The notes: generated from the letters alone by a model not told the origin. 64,000 nucleotides of DNA from Candidatus Acidiferrales bacterium (GCA_035533875.1 DATLSZ010000029.1:31636-95635); one strand, 5' to 3'. Shown: positions 1 to 8,430, counted from the stretch's first letter. Translations and numbers: made by a program.

Positions 1-834
1 CCGGTGTATTCCCAAAAGGATCCGACACAGCTTCCCTGGGGACAGCTCAATGTTGATGTCGTTATCGAATCAACAGGACATTTTACCGATGCCGAGAAGA
101 TAAAACAGCACATCACGGCGGGAGCAAAAGCTGCAGTTCTCTCTGCTCCGGCAAAAGGCGACGGAGTGTCGACATATGTTATTTCAGTCAACGATAATAA
201 TTATAATGGTGAAAATATCATCAGCAATGCTTCCTGTACGACCAATTGTATAACCCCGCCGGCAAAAGTCATCAGCGATCATTTCGGCATTGAGAAAGCA
301 ATGATGACTACCATTCATGGTTACACTTCCGATCAAAGGCTTCATGACGGGGGACACAAAGATTACCGACGTGCCCGCGCAGCTGGACTCAATATCATTC
401 CGACTTCAACGGGTGCGACTATTGCTGCTGGTCTTGCGCTGCCGGCATTGAAAGGAATTTTTGCTGGACTTTCTATACGAGTTCCTGTTCCGGTTGGATC
501 TCTCTCCGATTTTACTTTTTTGCTCAAGAAGGAAGTTACCAAAGATGAAGTCAACCAGACGTTCCGTCAGGAAGCGGAAAATCCTGTTTTTAAAGGGATA
601 CTCGCAGTAACCGATGAACCACTTGTCTCAAGTGACATTATTGGTAATTCTCATTCCAGTATTGTTGATCTGTCACTGACGCAGGTTGTGGGCGGTAATA
701 TGCTCAAAGTGATCGCGTGGTATGATAACGAATATGGCTATGCAAATAGGCTGGTGGAAGAAACGATCATGGTCGGAAAGAGGACTGCTCCGGCTCCGAC
801 AACGACACCCCCACCAACCCCGCAACAAGGTTAA
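1..834 (+). CDS. gap: glyceraldehyde-3-phosphate dehydrogenase, C-terminal part (5' end outside window)
   Basis: Contains the GAPDH active-site motif SCTTNC and the conserved C-terminal WYDNEYGY. The reading frame continues to base 1, so the CDS is 5'-truncated. Confidence 0.9.
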   Translation, partial: PVYSQKDPTQLPWGQLNVDVVIESTGHFTDAEKIKQHITAGAKAAVLSAPAKGDGVSTYVISVNDNNYNGENIISNASCTTNCITPPAKVISDHFGIEKAMMTTIHGYTSDQRLHDGGHKDYRRARAAGLNIIPTSTGATIAAGLALPALKGIFAGLSIRVPVPVGSLSDFTFLLKKEVTKDEVNQTFRQEAENPVFKGILAVTDEPLVSSDIIGNSHSSIVDLSLTQVVGGNMLKVIAWYDNEYGYANRLVEETIMVGKRTAPAPTTTPPPTPQQG

Positions 835-867
835 CGTTCAAAGTGATATTGAACGGCGAATTTATTT

Positions 868-1443
868 ATGGATAGGCCTGTAGAAATTTCCGGTGTTCGT
901 AATATTACCATTTCAGGCAGAATTGCTAGCGGAGCAACAACGCTTGCGCAACATCTGTCTTCTCATTTAGGATGGGAAATTCTTGACGGCGGTAAGTTAT
1001 TCCGCGCATTTACTCATGATCATGGATATGCTGATGAGCGTTCCGATCAATTTGATCTTGATTATGAAGAGAAGATTAAAAAAATTCTCAGGAATGAAGA
1101 GCATCACATTATCCAAAGCCATTTAGCAGGATTTGATGCACAAGGTATAGAAGGTGTCTTCAAAATTTTAGTCATCTGTGATGATGTGAATGGTGAAGAT
1201 AAAGCAGATATCCGTATTGACCGTTTGGCCAACCGTGATGCTTTTCCAGTCGAACAAGCCAAACAGGAAGTCATTGCAAGAGAAGAGCAGAATTTAAAAA
1301 AATGGCGTAGGCTTTATGCAGACGATAATCCGGAGTGGGTTTATTGGGATGAAAAATATTATGATCTTGTAGTGAATACGTTCACCCACAATCAGGAGGA
1401 AAGTATGAAGTTAGTTCTGGAAAAATTGGAGTTACATAAATAA
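868..1443 (+). CDS. cytidylate kinase-like P-loop NTPase family protein
   Basis: The N-terminal segment ITISGRIASGATTLAQHL resembles the Cmk-like fold (IAIDGPAGAGKST), but the Walker A lysine is missing. Confidence 0.45.
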   Translation: MDRPVEISGVRNITISGRIASGATTLAQHLSSHLGWEILDGGKLFRAFTHDHGYADERSDQFDLDYEEKIKKILRNEEHHIIQSHLAGFDAQGIEGVFKILVICDDVNGEDKADIRIDRLANRDAFPVEQAKQEVIAREEQNLKKWRRLYADDNPEWVYWDEKYYDLVVNTFTHNQEESMKLVLEKLELHK

Positions 1444-1462
1444 TAGTTTTTCGTCTATAGTA

Positions 1463-2032
1463 GTGCTTATGAATATAAAACAATTTGTATTATCGGCAAC
1501 AGTCCTTTTTATCGCAATCCAAATTACGTTAGTCACCGCATATGCGCAAGTCGTCACATCTTCATCATCATTATCTGATGCAAGTGCATCAGGTGCAGCA
1601 GATTATCAGCTTGCATATCCAGGTCTACTGCCGGATAATCCGTTTTATTTTTTGAAGGTCATACGGGATAATCTGGCAGCGTTTTTTATCAGTAAGCCGA
1701 TTGATAAAGCCAGTTTTGATTTACTGCAGGCGGATAAAGACGTGGAAGCGAGTTATTTACTGGTAACCAGCGAGCAAGGGAAAGGAGATTTGGCATTCAA
1801 GACCTTTTCCCAGTCACAGGATTATTTCGCGGACGCCATAAGCCAAACGGCAAATGCCAAAAAACAAGGTTATAGTATTACAGATATTAGTAGAAAACTT
1901 CAGATAGCAAGCAAAAAGCATGAACAAATATTGCAAGCAGTGGCACGGGAGACGCACCAGGAGAACACAACAGTCTATAAAAGTGAGCTTAGCAGGTCGG
2001 AAGAGTTGTCCAAAATGGCGTGGGCATTATAG
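1463..2032 (+). CDS. secreted hypothetical protein
   Basis: N-terminal signal peptide (hydrophobic stretch followed by AYAQ); no recognisable catalytic motif. Confidence 0.5.
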   Translation: MLMNIKQFVLSATVLFIAIQITLVTAYAQVVTSSSSLSDASASGAADYQLAYPGLLPDNPFYFLKVIRDNLAAFFISKPIDKASFDLLQADKDVEASYLLVTSEQGKGDLAFKTFSQSQDYFADAISQTANAKKQGYSITDISRKLQIASKKHEQILQAVARETHQENTTVYKSELSRSEELSKMAWAL

Positions 2033-2159
2033 CAGTAAATCTCAATAACTCTGCTATTTTGAATCATTTTTTGTAACAATTTTTTCCCAGTGTAAGAAAA
2101 TATAAATAGAAAATTATTCAATCGAAGCTGGCGACATATTTTGATATAATTAGCGTTAG

Positions 2160-2188
2160 TTGACACTATAGATGTAGTGGCATATGAT
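2160..2188 (+). promoter_or_regulatory. sigma70-type promoter (TTGACA-N17-TATGAT) upstream of nrdR
   Basis: Hexamers and spacing read directly: TTGACA at 2160-2165, a 17-nt spacer, TATGAT at 2183-2188. Confidence 0.45.
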
Positions 2189-2207
2189 TTTTATGGCACT
2201 AAATAAC

Positions 2208-2315
2208 AAGCGTCTAGAAGTTAGCGTCTAGCGTCTAGTTTGCTCTTCATTATAGAGAGAGAAGAATAAACTAAATGGTTTAACTAAACGCTAGGAGCTA
2301 AACGCTAAACGCTAG
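2208..2315. repeat. two inverted 30-nt arrays of heptamer/9-mer repeats (AGCGTCTAG and AAACGCTAG units) in the nrdR leader
   Basis: Array 1 is at 2208-2238 and array 2 at 2286-2315. Each is built as a 9-mer, a 5-nt spacer and a 16-mer. The two arrays are mutually inverted, and the second ends 3 nt before the nrdR ATG. Confidence 0.6.
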
Positions 2316-2318
2316 TAT

Positions 2319-2783
2319 ATGCATTGTCCGTACTGTGGAAGTAAAGAATCAGAAGTAGTCGAAACACGTGAGAGCTCCGATATGGATACAATTAGAAGAA
2401 GGAGAGCGTGTCTGGTCTGCACCAAACGGTTTACGACATATGAACGGGTCGAGCATGTCCAGCTGATCGTTATCAAAAAGGATGGCAAGCGGGAACAGTT
2501 TGCTCTTGAGAAACTTAAGAGCGGTATTCTCAAAGCATGTGAGAAGACAACTGTTCCGGCAGATACTATAGAGAAGATGGTGCATGAGATCGCACGGGAG
2601 CTGCGTACCATGGGGTCGCTTGAAGTGAAAAGCGAATTGATTGGCGATATGGTAGCCAAGCGTCTGAAGAAACTTGATAAAGTTGCCTATATCCGCTTTG
2701 CCAGTGTCTTCAAAAGGTTTGTCGATGTAGAAGATTTTGAGAAAGAAGTAAAACAATTAATAGTAAATAAGCAGACATTATGA
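2319..2783 (+). CDS. nrdR: transcriptional repressor NrdR (Zn ribbon plus ATP-cone)
   Basis: Starts MHCPYCG and carries a second CxxC (CLVC), as in NrdR. The following ATP-cone region matches the NrdR pattern (RRRxC, VIKKDGxRE). Confidence 0.9.
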   Translation: MHCPYCGSKESEVVETRESSDMDTIRRRRACLVCTKRFTTYERVEHVQLIVIKKDGKREQFALEKLKSGILKACEKTTVPADTIEKMVHEIARELRTMGSLEVKSELIGDMVAKRLKKLDKVAYIRFASVFKRFVDVEDFEKEVKQLIVNKQTL

Positions 2784-3190
2784 AGTTACACACAGAAATA
2801 ATTACTTTATGCGATTATGCACTGATATCGCGAGAAGGGAAATTAAGTATCAACGGAATTTTTGATGAGCTCCGGGTGCAGAAATTTCCCGGCGGCATCG
2901 CACGAGCTTTTTTTGTCGCGACACTGAGGGGGAAAGCGGATACATCATATAAATTGACGATCAAGACGGAGAACGGCAGTAAGGCGCTTAATACACTCAA
3001 TCTTGAAGTGCATACAAGTATGAACGGGAAGAACAATATTATTTTGGAGTTGGTGAATTTGGGGTTTGAGAAAGAGGGAGAGTACAAGTTTGTTATTTAT
3101 GATGGAAAAGATGAAGTCGGCTCGACACAGTTAAAAGTGATGGCAGCCGAACAGCCGAGTGAGGGAGTAAAATACAAGTTACCGAATTAA
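2780..3190 (+). CDS. hypothetical protein translationally coupled to nrdR (ATGA overlap)
   Basis: Its ATG overlaps the nrdR stop codon. It is a 136-aa ORF with no recognisable motif. Confidence 0.5.
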   Translation: MKLHTEIITLCDYALISREGKLSINGIFDELRVQKFPGGIARAFFVATLRGKADTSYKLTIKTENGSKALNTLNLEVHTSMNGKNNIILELVNLGFEKEGEYKFVIYDGKDEVGSTQLKVMAAEQPSEGVKYKLPN

Positions 3191-3195
3191 TAAAT

Positions 3196-3480
3196 ATGAA
3201 TAATATTGGCGGAACTACTATAATATATGATGCAAAAATGCATTTGTCGAATGAAGGAACTTCAGGAACTTTGTCACCTACGCATAAAGTGTTAGGGAGT
3301 ATTTCTTCTATGGGTAGTCAGTTGGGTACAGTTGCTGGTACAGCGACAGTTAATTTGCAAACTAAAGAAATATATGGAAAAAGAGAATTTCATGTCGAGG
3401 GAAACGCAAATCCTATGTTTGGAAACTTAGGATTTAGGTTTACTTATAAACAAGAACAAGGAACACTAATAAAAGGATAA
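3196..3480 (+). CDS. small hypothetical protein between orfX and nrdJ
   Basis: 94-aa ORF rich in G/T/S, separated by 5-nt gaps from both neighbours. It could alternatively be a non-coding leader of nrdJ. Confidence 0.3.
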   Translation: MNNIGGTTIIYDAKMHLSNEGTSGTLSPTHKVLGSISSMGSQLGTVAGTATVNLQTKEIYGKREFHVEGNANPMFGNLGFRFTYKQEQGTLIKG

Positions 3481-3485
3481 ATATT

Positions 3486-5921
3486 ATGAAAATTGATGGC
3501 GTAAGAGAAAAAGTATTTTTAGACAGATATGCACTCAAAGGTGCAGAAGGCGAGCTCTTGGAGAACACTCCGCAGGAGATGTGGCAGCGTGTCGCCAGTG
3601 GCATTGCCAAACAAGAGAAAAAAGTCAAACAAGCCAAGTGGGAAAAAGAATTCTACCGTGTCCTTGAAGACTTCAAATTTGTTCCTGGCGGACGTATCCT
3701 TTCCGGTGCCGGCACCGGCTATCAGGTGACATACTTTAATTGTTTTGTCATCCCAAATCCCAAAGATTCCCGGCATGGTATCCTTGAATCACTCGGGCAG
3801 CTGATCGAGATACAGTCTCGATCCGGCGGTGTGGGGTTGAACCTTTCATCCCTGCGACCTCGCGGAGCCCGGGTCAAGAAAGTTAACGGTACCTCATCAG
3901 GTCCGGTGAATTGGGCAACACTCTTCTCAGTCGCGACACATGATATCGTCCAGCAAGGTGGATCCAGACGCGGCGCGACGATGCTGATGCTGCATGATTG
4001 GCATCCTGATGTTGAGGAATTTATTACCGTCAAACAGGATCTGACCAAGATCAATGGTGCTAATTTATCGGTCTGTGTCTCAGATGGGTTCATGGAAGCG
4101 GTCAAAGCAGATAAAGATTGGGATTTGGTCTATCCTGAGCTGAGTGATCCGCATTATGATGCGGAGTGGGATGGCGATATCAACGAATGGAGAGAAAAAG
4201 GATACAAAATCAAAGTTTACAAAACAGTCAAAGCAAAAGACCTGTGGGAGCTCATCTGCACCGCTGCATGGCGCTCTGCCGAACCGGGTTTACACTTTTT
4301 GGAACGCAGCAACAAGAGAAGCAACACCTGGTATTTTGAGAAATTGCTTGCCACCAATCCATGCGGCGAGCAGCCGCTTGGCGGATGGGCTGTGTGTAAT
4401 TTGGGCGCGATGAATCTGGCTGCCTATGTCAAAGATGCGGACCTCAAGAATGACAAAGCAGGCTGGTTTGATTATGAGGCGTTCGGAAAAGATGTCCAAG
4501 TCGCGATGCGATTCCTGGATAACGTGATCGATGACACGTATTACTTCTTTAAAGAAAATGAGAAAGTTGCCAAAGATATCCGCCGGACAGGGCTGGGCAT
4601 CATGGGAATTGCCGATACCTTTATCCAGATGAAGATCCGATATGGATCGGAAGAGTCGGAGAAAGTATCCAAAAAGATTTTTAAAGCCCTCCGCGACAAT
4701 GCGTATATCGCGTCTTCCGATCTGGCAAAAGAAAAAGGTGCATTCCCGAAGTTCGATCGCGATAAATATCTGAAAGGCTATCATATCAAAGCCCTGCCGC
4801 CTGAAATCCGCAAGAAGATCGCTGATCAGGGGATCAGAAATGCTGTTCTTTTAACGATCGCGCCGACCGGTACCACCAGTCTTTTGGCAGGTGTTTCAAG
4901 TGGCGTTGAGCCGGTGTATGAATTTGAATATTCTCACAATGGGCGGCTTGGCAAACAAATGGTTTACCACGGTCTTTATGGTGAATGGAAAGAAGCACAT
5001 CCTGATGAAGAACGTCCCGATTACTTTGTCGGCGCCAATGATCTGACACCTGATGATCATGTAAAGATTCAGGCGATCGCGCAGGAATATATTGATTCCT
5101 CGATCTCAAAGACCGTCAATGCGCCCAACTCCCACACGGTTGAAGACGTCAAAAATCTCTATATGTCTGCATATGATAACGGACTCAAAGGGGTGACATA
5201 CTTCCGTGACGGATCACGGATGGGCGTACTGCAGCGTGAGGAAAAAAAGGAAGAGAAAGTGCAGGAACAAGTGCCTACCGTCATCGAAAAACCGGTTGTT
5301 CCGATAACACCTCGTATCGCACGTCCGATGGTACTTACCGGGGTGACCTACAAAGCAGAAAGTCCGACAGGAAAAGTGTATGTCACGATTAATAATGATG
5401 AAAAGGGTGATATGTTTGAGGTTTTTATCAATCATGGAAAGAGCGGATCTGATCTTATGGCACTTGCGGACGCGCTCGGCCGGATGGTTTCATTTGTCCT
5501 TCGAATCCACAGTCCGGTTCCTGCCCGGGAGCGGGTCCGCGAAATCGTGTCAGAACTCGCGGGTATCGGCGGCAGCCGCAGCAGCGGTTTTGGGGAGAAC
5601 AGAGTCCGGTCACTGCCTGATGCTATTTCAAAAGTCCTTGCCAGGCATTGCGAATTCCGCGTTAACGGTAAAGTCGAAGACAGCGTGCAATTTTTGCAGC
5701 GGATGAGCAACGGACATGGCAATAACCATGCACAGATCGCACAGTCAATTGAGGAGCCACATGAAGAGGTTGTCTCCAGCCAATTGGCACTGCCGCAAAC
5801 CGGTGTGCACAGCGGCGCCTCAACATCACTCTTTGATATCTGTCCTGAGTGTGGATCGGGGAGCTTTGCGTACGAAGAAGGCTGCAAAAAATGCTATGCA
5901 TGCGGATACTCTGAGTGTTAA
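3486..5921 (+). CDS. nrdJ: adenosylcobalamin-dependent ribonucleoside-triphosphate/diphosphate reductase (class II RNR) with C-terminal Zn-ribbon tail
   Basis: Class II RNR hallmarks are present: NCFVIP, the catalytic region NPCGEQPL, and a C-terminal CPECGSG...CKKCYACG. No intein is apparent. Confidence 0.9.
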   Translation: MKIDGVREKVFLDRYALKGAEGELLENTPQEMWQRVASGIAKQEKKVKQAKWEKEFYRVLEDFKFVPGGRILSGAGTGYQVTYFNCFVIPNPKDSRHGILESLGQLIEIQSRSGGVGLNLSSLRPRGARVKKVNGTSSGPVNWATLFSVATHDIVQQGGSRRGATMLMLHDWHPDVEEFITVKQDLTKINGANLSVCVSDGFMEAVKADKDWDLVYPELSDPHYDAEWDGDINEWREKGYKIKVYKTVKAKDLWELICTAAWRSAEPGLHFLERSNKRSNTWYFEKLLATNPCGEQPLGGWAVCNLGAMNLAAYVKDADLKNDKAGWFDYEAFGKDVQVAMRFLDNVIDDTYYFFKENEKVAKDIRRTGLGIMGIADTFIQMKIRYGSEESEKVSKKIFKALRDNAYIASSDLAKEKGAFPKFDRDKYLKGYHIKALPPEIRKKIADQGIRNAVLLTIAPTGTTSLLAGVSSGVEPVYEFEYSHNGRLGKQMVYHGLYGEWKEAHPDEERPDYFVGANDLTPDDHVKIQAIAQEYIDSSISKTVNAPNSHTVEDVKNLYMSAYDNGLKGVTYFRDGSRMGVLQREEKKEEKVQEQVPTVIEKPVVPITPRIARPMVLTGVTYKAESPTGKVYVTINNDEKGDMFEVFINHGKSGSDLMALADALGRMVSFVLRIHSPVPARERVREIVSELAGIGGSRSSGFGENRVRSLPDAISKVLARHCEFRVNGKVEDSVQFLQRMSNGHGNNHAQIAQSIEEPHEEVVSSQLALPQTGVHSGASTSLFDICPECGSGSFAYEEGCKKCYACGYSEC

Positions 5922-5924
5922 TTG

Positions 5925-5954
5925 AGCGTCTAGCTGCTAGCGTTTAGCGTCTAG
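5925..5954. repeat. third copy of the 30-nt AGCGTYTAG repeat array
   Basis: AGCGTCTAG-ctgct-AGCGTTTAGCGTCTAG, the same 9-mer/N5/16-mer architecture as the array at 2208-2238. Confidence 0.6.
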
Positions 5955-5961
5955 TTTTACA

Positions 5962-6105
5962 ATTTAAGAGGAAATCACGGTGGAAATCCGTGGCTGTGCC
6001 GCAACTGTTCCCGCAAGGGATCCCCGAGAGGGGAAAAGCCAGAAAACGTTTTATCCCGAGCAGGAAATTATGACATAATCCTTCTGTTCGTGGAAGGATT
6101 TTTTT
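5962..6105 (+). ncRNA. cobalamin (AdoCbl) riboswitch with intrinsic-terminator expression platform
   Basis: Contains GGTGGAAATCCGTGGCTGTGCCGCAACTGT, which is close to the B12-box consensus (GGTGnnAAnCC...GCTGnnCCCGCAACTGTAA), and a downstream AGCCAGA. A hairpin ATCCTTC-tgttcgtg-GAAGGAT followed by T7 ends immediately before the ATG at 6106. Confidence 0.8.
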
Positions 6106-6654
6106 ATGCCGATTTATACAAGAACTGGAGACAAAGGAAAAACCTCGCTTTTTGACGGCACTCGCGTTCTGAAATCTCATAAGCGAGTTGAAACATATGG
6201 TACCATTGATGAGCTCAACAGTACCATTGGGGTTGCCGTTGCTGAGATTAAGGATTTAGGATTAAAGATTAAAGATTTGCCAGAAGAGTTAGAGAACATA
6301 CAGCATGATTTGTTCGCAATTGGTTCGGCACTGGCGATGCCGCATCCGATTCCTGTTGCAGGCCTGGAGAAGCGTGCGAAAGAGTTTGAAAAACTTATTG
6401 ATAGTCTCACGGGAGAAATGCCTGAATTAAAACAATTTATCCTCCCCGGCGGTGGAAAAGCAGGATCCCTTCTACATGTCTGCAGGACAATTACCCGCAG
6501 AGCCGAGAGGCAATTGGTTGCTCTTATTCAGAAAGAAGAAGTTGATGAGTCAATTGTTGTGTACCTTAATAGGCTATCGGATTTGTTCTTCACGATGGCG
6601 AGATATGTTAATCAAATTGAAAAGAGAAAAGAAATTATTTGGAAAAAGAAATAA
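6106..6654 (+). CDS. pduO: PduO-type ATP:cob(I)alamin adenosyltransferase
   Basis: The N-terminus MPIYTRTGDKGKTSLFDG is the signature of the PduO/MMAB family. Confidence 0.88.
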   Translation: MPIYTRTGDKGKTSLFDGTRVLKSHKRVETYGTIDELNSTIGVAVAEIKDLGLKIKDLPEELENIQHDLFAIGSALAMPHPIPVAGLEKRAKEFEKLIDSLTGEMPELKQFILPGGGKAGSLLHVCRTITRRAERQLVALIQKEEVDESIVVYLNRLSDLFFTMARYVNQIEKRKEIIWKKK

Positions 6655-6674
6655 GATTTAAGATTAATGATTGA

Positions 6675-6719
6675 AGATTAAAGAATATTCTTAAATCCTA
6701 AATCTTATATCTTTAATCT
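6675..6719 (+). other. hairpin after pduO (AGATTAAAG ... CTTTAATCT stem with inner palindrome AAGAATATTCTT)
   Basis: A 9-bp inverted repeat at 6675-6683 and 6711-6719. No clear T-run follows it, so it may be a terminator or a structural element. Confidence 0.35.
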
Positions 6720-6720
6720 A

Positions 6721-6899
6721 ATTTGGGTGAATCTCGTGTAAATCGAGAGCTGTGCCGCAACTGTGAACTCCTCTAATGGAGTGAGCCAGATCCCCACATC
6801 CCGTTTGACGGGATAAAAAATCTTCCGAGCAGAAGTCCTTTTTTTGTGGACTCCTCGGATGGCCCTACGGCAAGCTCAGGGCAAGCGAGGAGTTTTTTT
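6721..6899 (+). ncRNA. second cobalamin riboswitch; expression platform sequesters the RBS GAGGAG in a 7-bp stem followed by T7
   Basis: Contains GGTGAATCTCGTGTAAATCGAGAGCTGTGCCGCAACTGTGA plus AGCCAGATCCCC. ACTCCTC (6851-6857) pairs with GAGGAGT (6887-6893), followed by TTTTTTT and the ATG at 6900. Confidence 0.75.
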
Positions 6900-8273
6900 A
6901 TGGCAGGAAAAGAAGGGTATACGCAACCTTTTACTGTAAACAATCTAAAACAGTTTATTCCTTCTCTGTATATTTCTCCTGAGAGTAGGATACCTTATGT
7001 GTGGGATGCGAGAGAGATAGAGAGACGAGGTTTTTCTGGAGGTTTGCTTGATCAGCATATCAGGCATTTTGATAGAAATTGGAAGGTCGAAGGACTACCA
7101 CCTGATTGGTTTCGGTTACAAAGTAAGACTGGCAGGCATATAGGATTTAGTATGAATTCTCAAATGGATCTTTTAGGTAATGTAACAAATTCAGAAGTAG
7201 CAACATGGATTCCAAAAACCGTACAGGATTTGCGCGGTTTTAAGCTGGAATATCTGACAGATCATATCGTATATCCCTGTAAGTATGAACGAAGCAGCAG
7301 TGATCCTACACGACTTGAAAATAGGCATTATGGGTACACCGATATCATTGATACGGTTTCAGCAGATGAGCGTGGTGGTTCGGTACGACGGAGTTTGCAA
7401 GAAATGAAAGCGTTTTTTTTGGACGATGATACTCCAGATGGCTCCATTGCTGTTATGGTAAGTCCGAGAGGAGAGACAGGGTTGAGAACCGACGATGGCA
7501 AACTCATACAGTACCCCGACTCTTATTTTTTCTTTATGGTTAAAGAGGGGGATACCGTTCATAATTTTACTTTGAAAACTGATTTTAGTATTGCTGAATG
7601 TCGAGACGTTATCGCGCGATTAACAGGTGTTACGCTGCCTGTTGATGCTCCACTTGAACAATATGTCCGGACAATTGCAAAAATTAAGCCCGGAGGTCAC
7701 GATGCAACTCCTGATGTAACGGAAATTGTTGGCGTCCTTGAACAGGTTCGACCGGAATATGCTTTTACATCTGAAGGCAGAAATGAAAAAATAACGTGGC
7801 GTGATGTCTATCAAGACATCCGTCAAAGAGATCAACTGTACGAGTTTAGTGAAAAAACAAACATGATTATTAATGAATTTGAAGCATATTGTCTTCAGGG
7901 CAATCATACAAAGTTGGAGTATCAAAAAGCCCTTGCGGCAACAATCCTACGAATGTCAAAGGTATTTTTTCTCGAAGAAAACTATCCGGAAGGGGCGGTT
8001 CCTTTAGTATCCAATCAATGGTCAACGGTGAGACCTCCGTTGGCTACGTATGGTGACGTTCTTACAGCTACAACAAAGCGTCCCGGCTGTTCGGGAGGAG
8101 GTTCCGGTGAATCTCTCTTTGTTAAGTCTCCTGACGGGGTAAGACGTGGTGAAACTGATTGGTTTACTTGTCCGAAGTGTCACTATAAAGCGGATGGTCC
8201 GATAGGCGATACGTGTCCAAAATGTAAAATAACAAAACAAGAATATGCCGAATCAGGAGGTAAGGCATGTTAA
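6900..8273 (+). CDS. hypothetical 458-aa protein with C-terminal double-CxxC zinc ribbon, under cobalamin-riboswitch control
   Basis: The six-frame ORF begins at 6846, inside the riboswitch. The ATG at 6900 follows the sequestered GAGGAG RBS. The C-terminus is CPKCHYKADGPIGDTCPKC. No recognisable catalytic motif. Confidence 0.6.
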   Translation: MAGKEGYTQPFTVNNLKQFIPSLYISPESRIPYVWDAREIERRGFSGGLLDQHIRHFDRNWKVEGLPPDWFRLQSKTGRHIGFSMNSQMDLLGNVTNSEVATWIPKTVQDLRGFKLEYLTDHIVYPCKYERSSSDPTRLENRHYGYTDIIDTVSADERGGSVRRSLQEMKAFFLDDDTPDGSIAVMVSPRGETGLRTDDGKLIQYPDSYFFFMVKEGDTVHNFTLKTDFSIAECRDVIARLTGVTLPVDAPLEQYVRTIAKIKPGGHDATPDVTEIVGVLEQVRPEYAFTSEGRNEKITWRDVYQDIRQRDQLYEFSEKTNMIINEFEAYCLQGNHTKLEYQKALAATILRMSKVFFLEENYPEGAVPLVSNQWSTVRPPLATYGDVLTATTKRPGCSGGGSGESLFVKSPDGVRRGETDWFTCPKCHYKADGPIGDTCPKCKITKQEYAESGGKAC

Positions 8274-8280
8274 TAACGTC

Positions 8281-8430
8281 ATGAAGAATACCAATGATTG
8301 TGATATCTGTTACAAAATTATTTGCCGGCAGTGCGGGTGGGAAGCTGATGACGGTGCTGTGTTACAGATACAAAAAGGAGAGATGACTGCTTGCCCTCTA
8401 TGTGGTTGGCAACCCGGAGAAGATAGGTAA
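8281..8430 (+). CDS. rubredoxin-like small metal-binding protein (three CxxC pairs)
   Basis: CRQCGWEADDG and CPLCGW resemble the rubredoxin CxxCGY...CPxCG knuckles. Spacing between them is shorter than in canonical rubredoxin and there is an extra CDIC. The start is ambiguous (8245 or 8281). Confidence 0.4.
   Translation: MKNTNDCDICYKIICRQCGWEADDGAVLQIQKGEMTACPLCGWQPGEDR

Noticed and set aside
4290-4784. 164-aa antisense ORF inside nrdJ, and many similar antisense or overlapping ORFs (e.g. 2349-2756, 13689-14180, 37017-37514, 52224-52655, 25012-25503)
   Set aside because: Each lies entirely within a well-supported gene on the opposite strand. They have low-complexity composition, and their lengths are what an AT-rich sequence produces by chance.
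3486-5921. Intein within the class II RNR
   Set aside because: The protein is collinear with intein-free NrdJ and of ordinary length (811 aa). No Ser/Cys...HN splice-junction block was seen.
6846-6899. Six-frame ORF start at 6846 for the riboswitch-controlled gene
   Set aside because: These codons lie inside the riboswitch expression platform. The ATG at 6900 directly follows the sequestered GAGGAG RBS and the T-run, so the shorter start is preferred.
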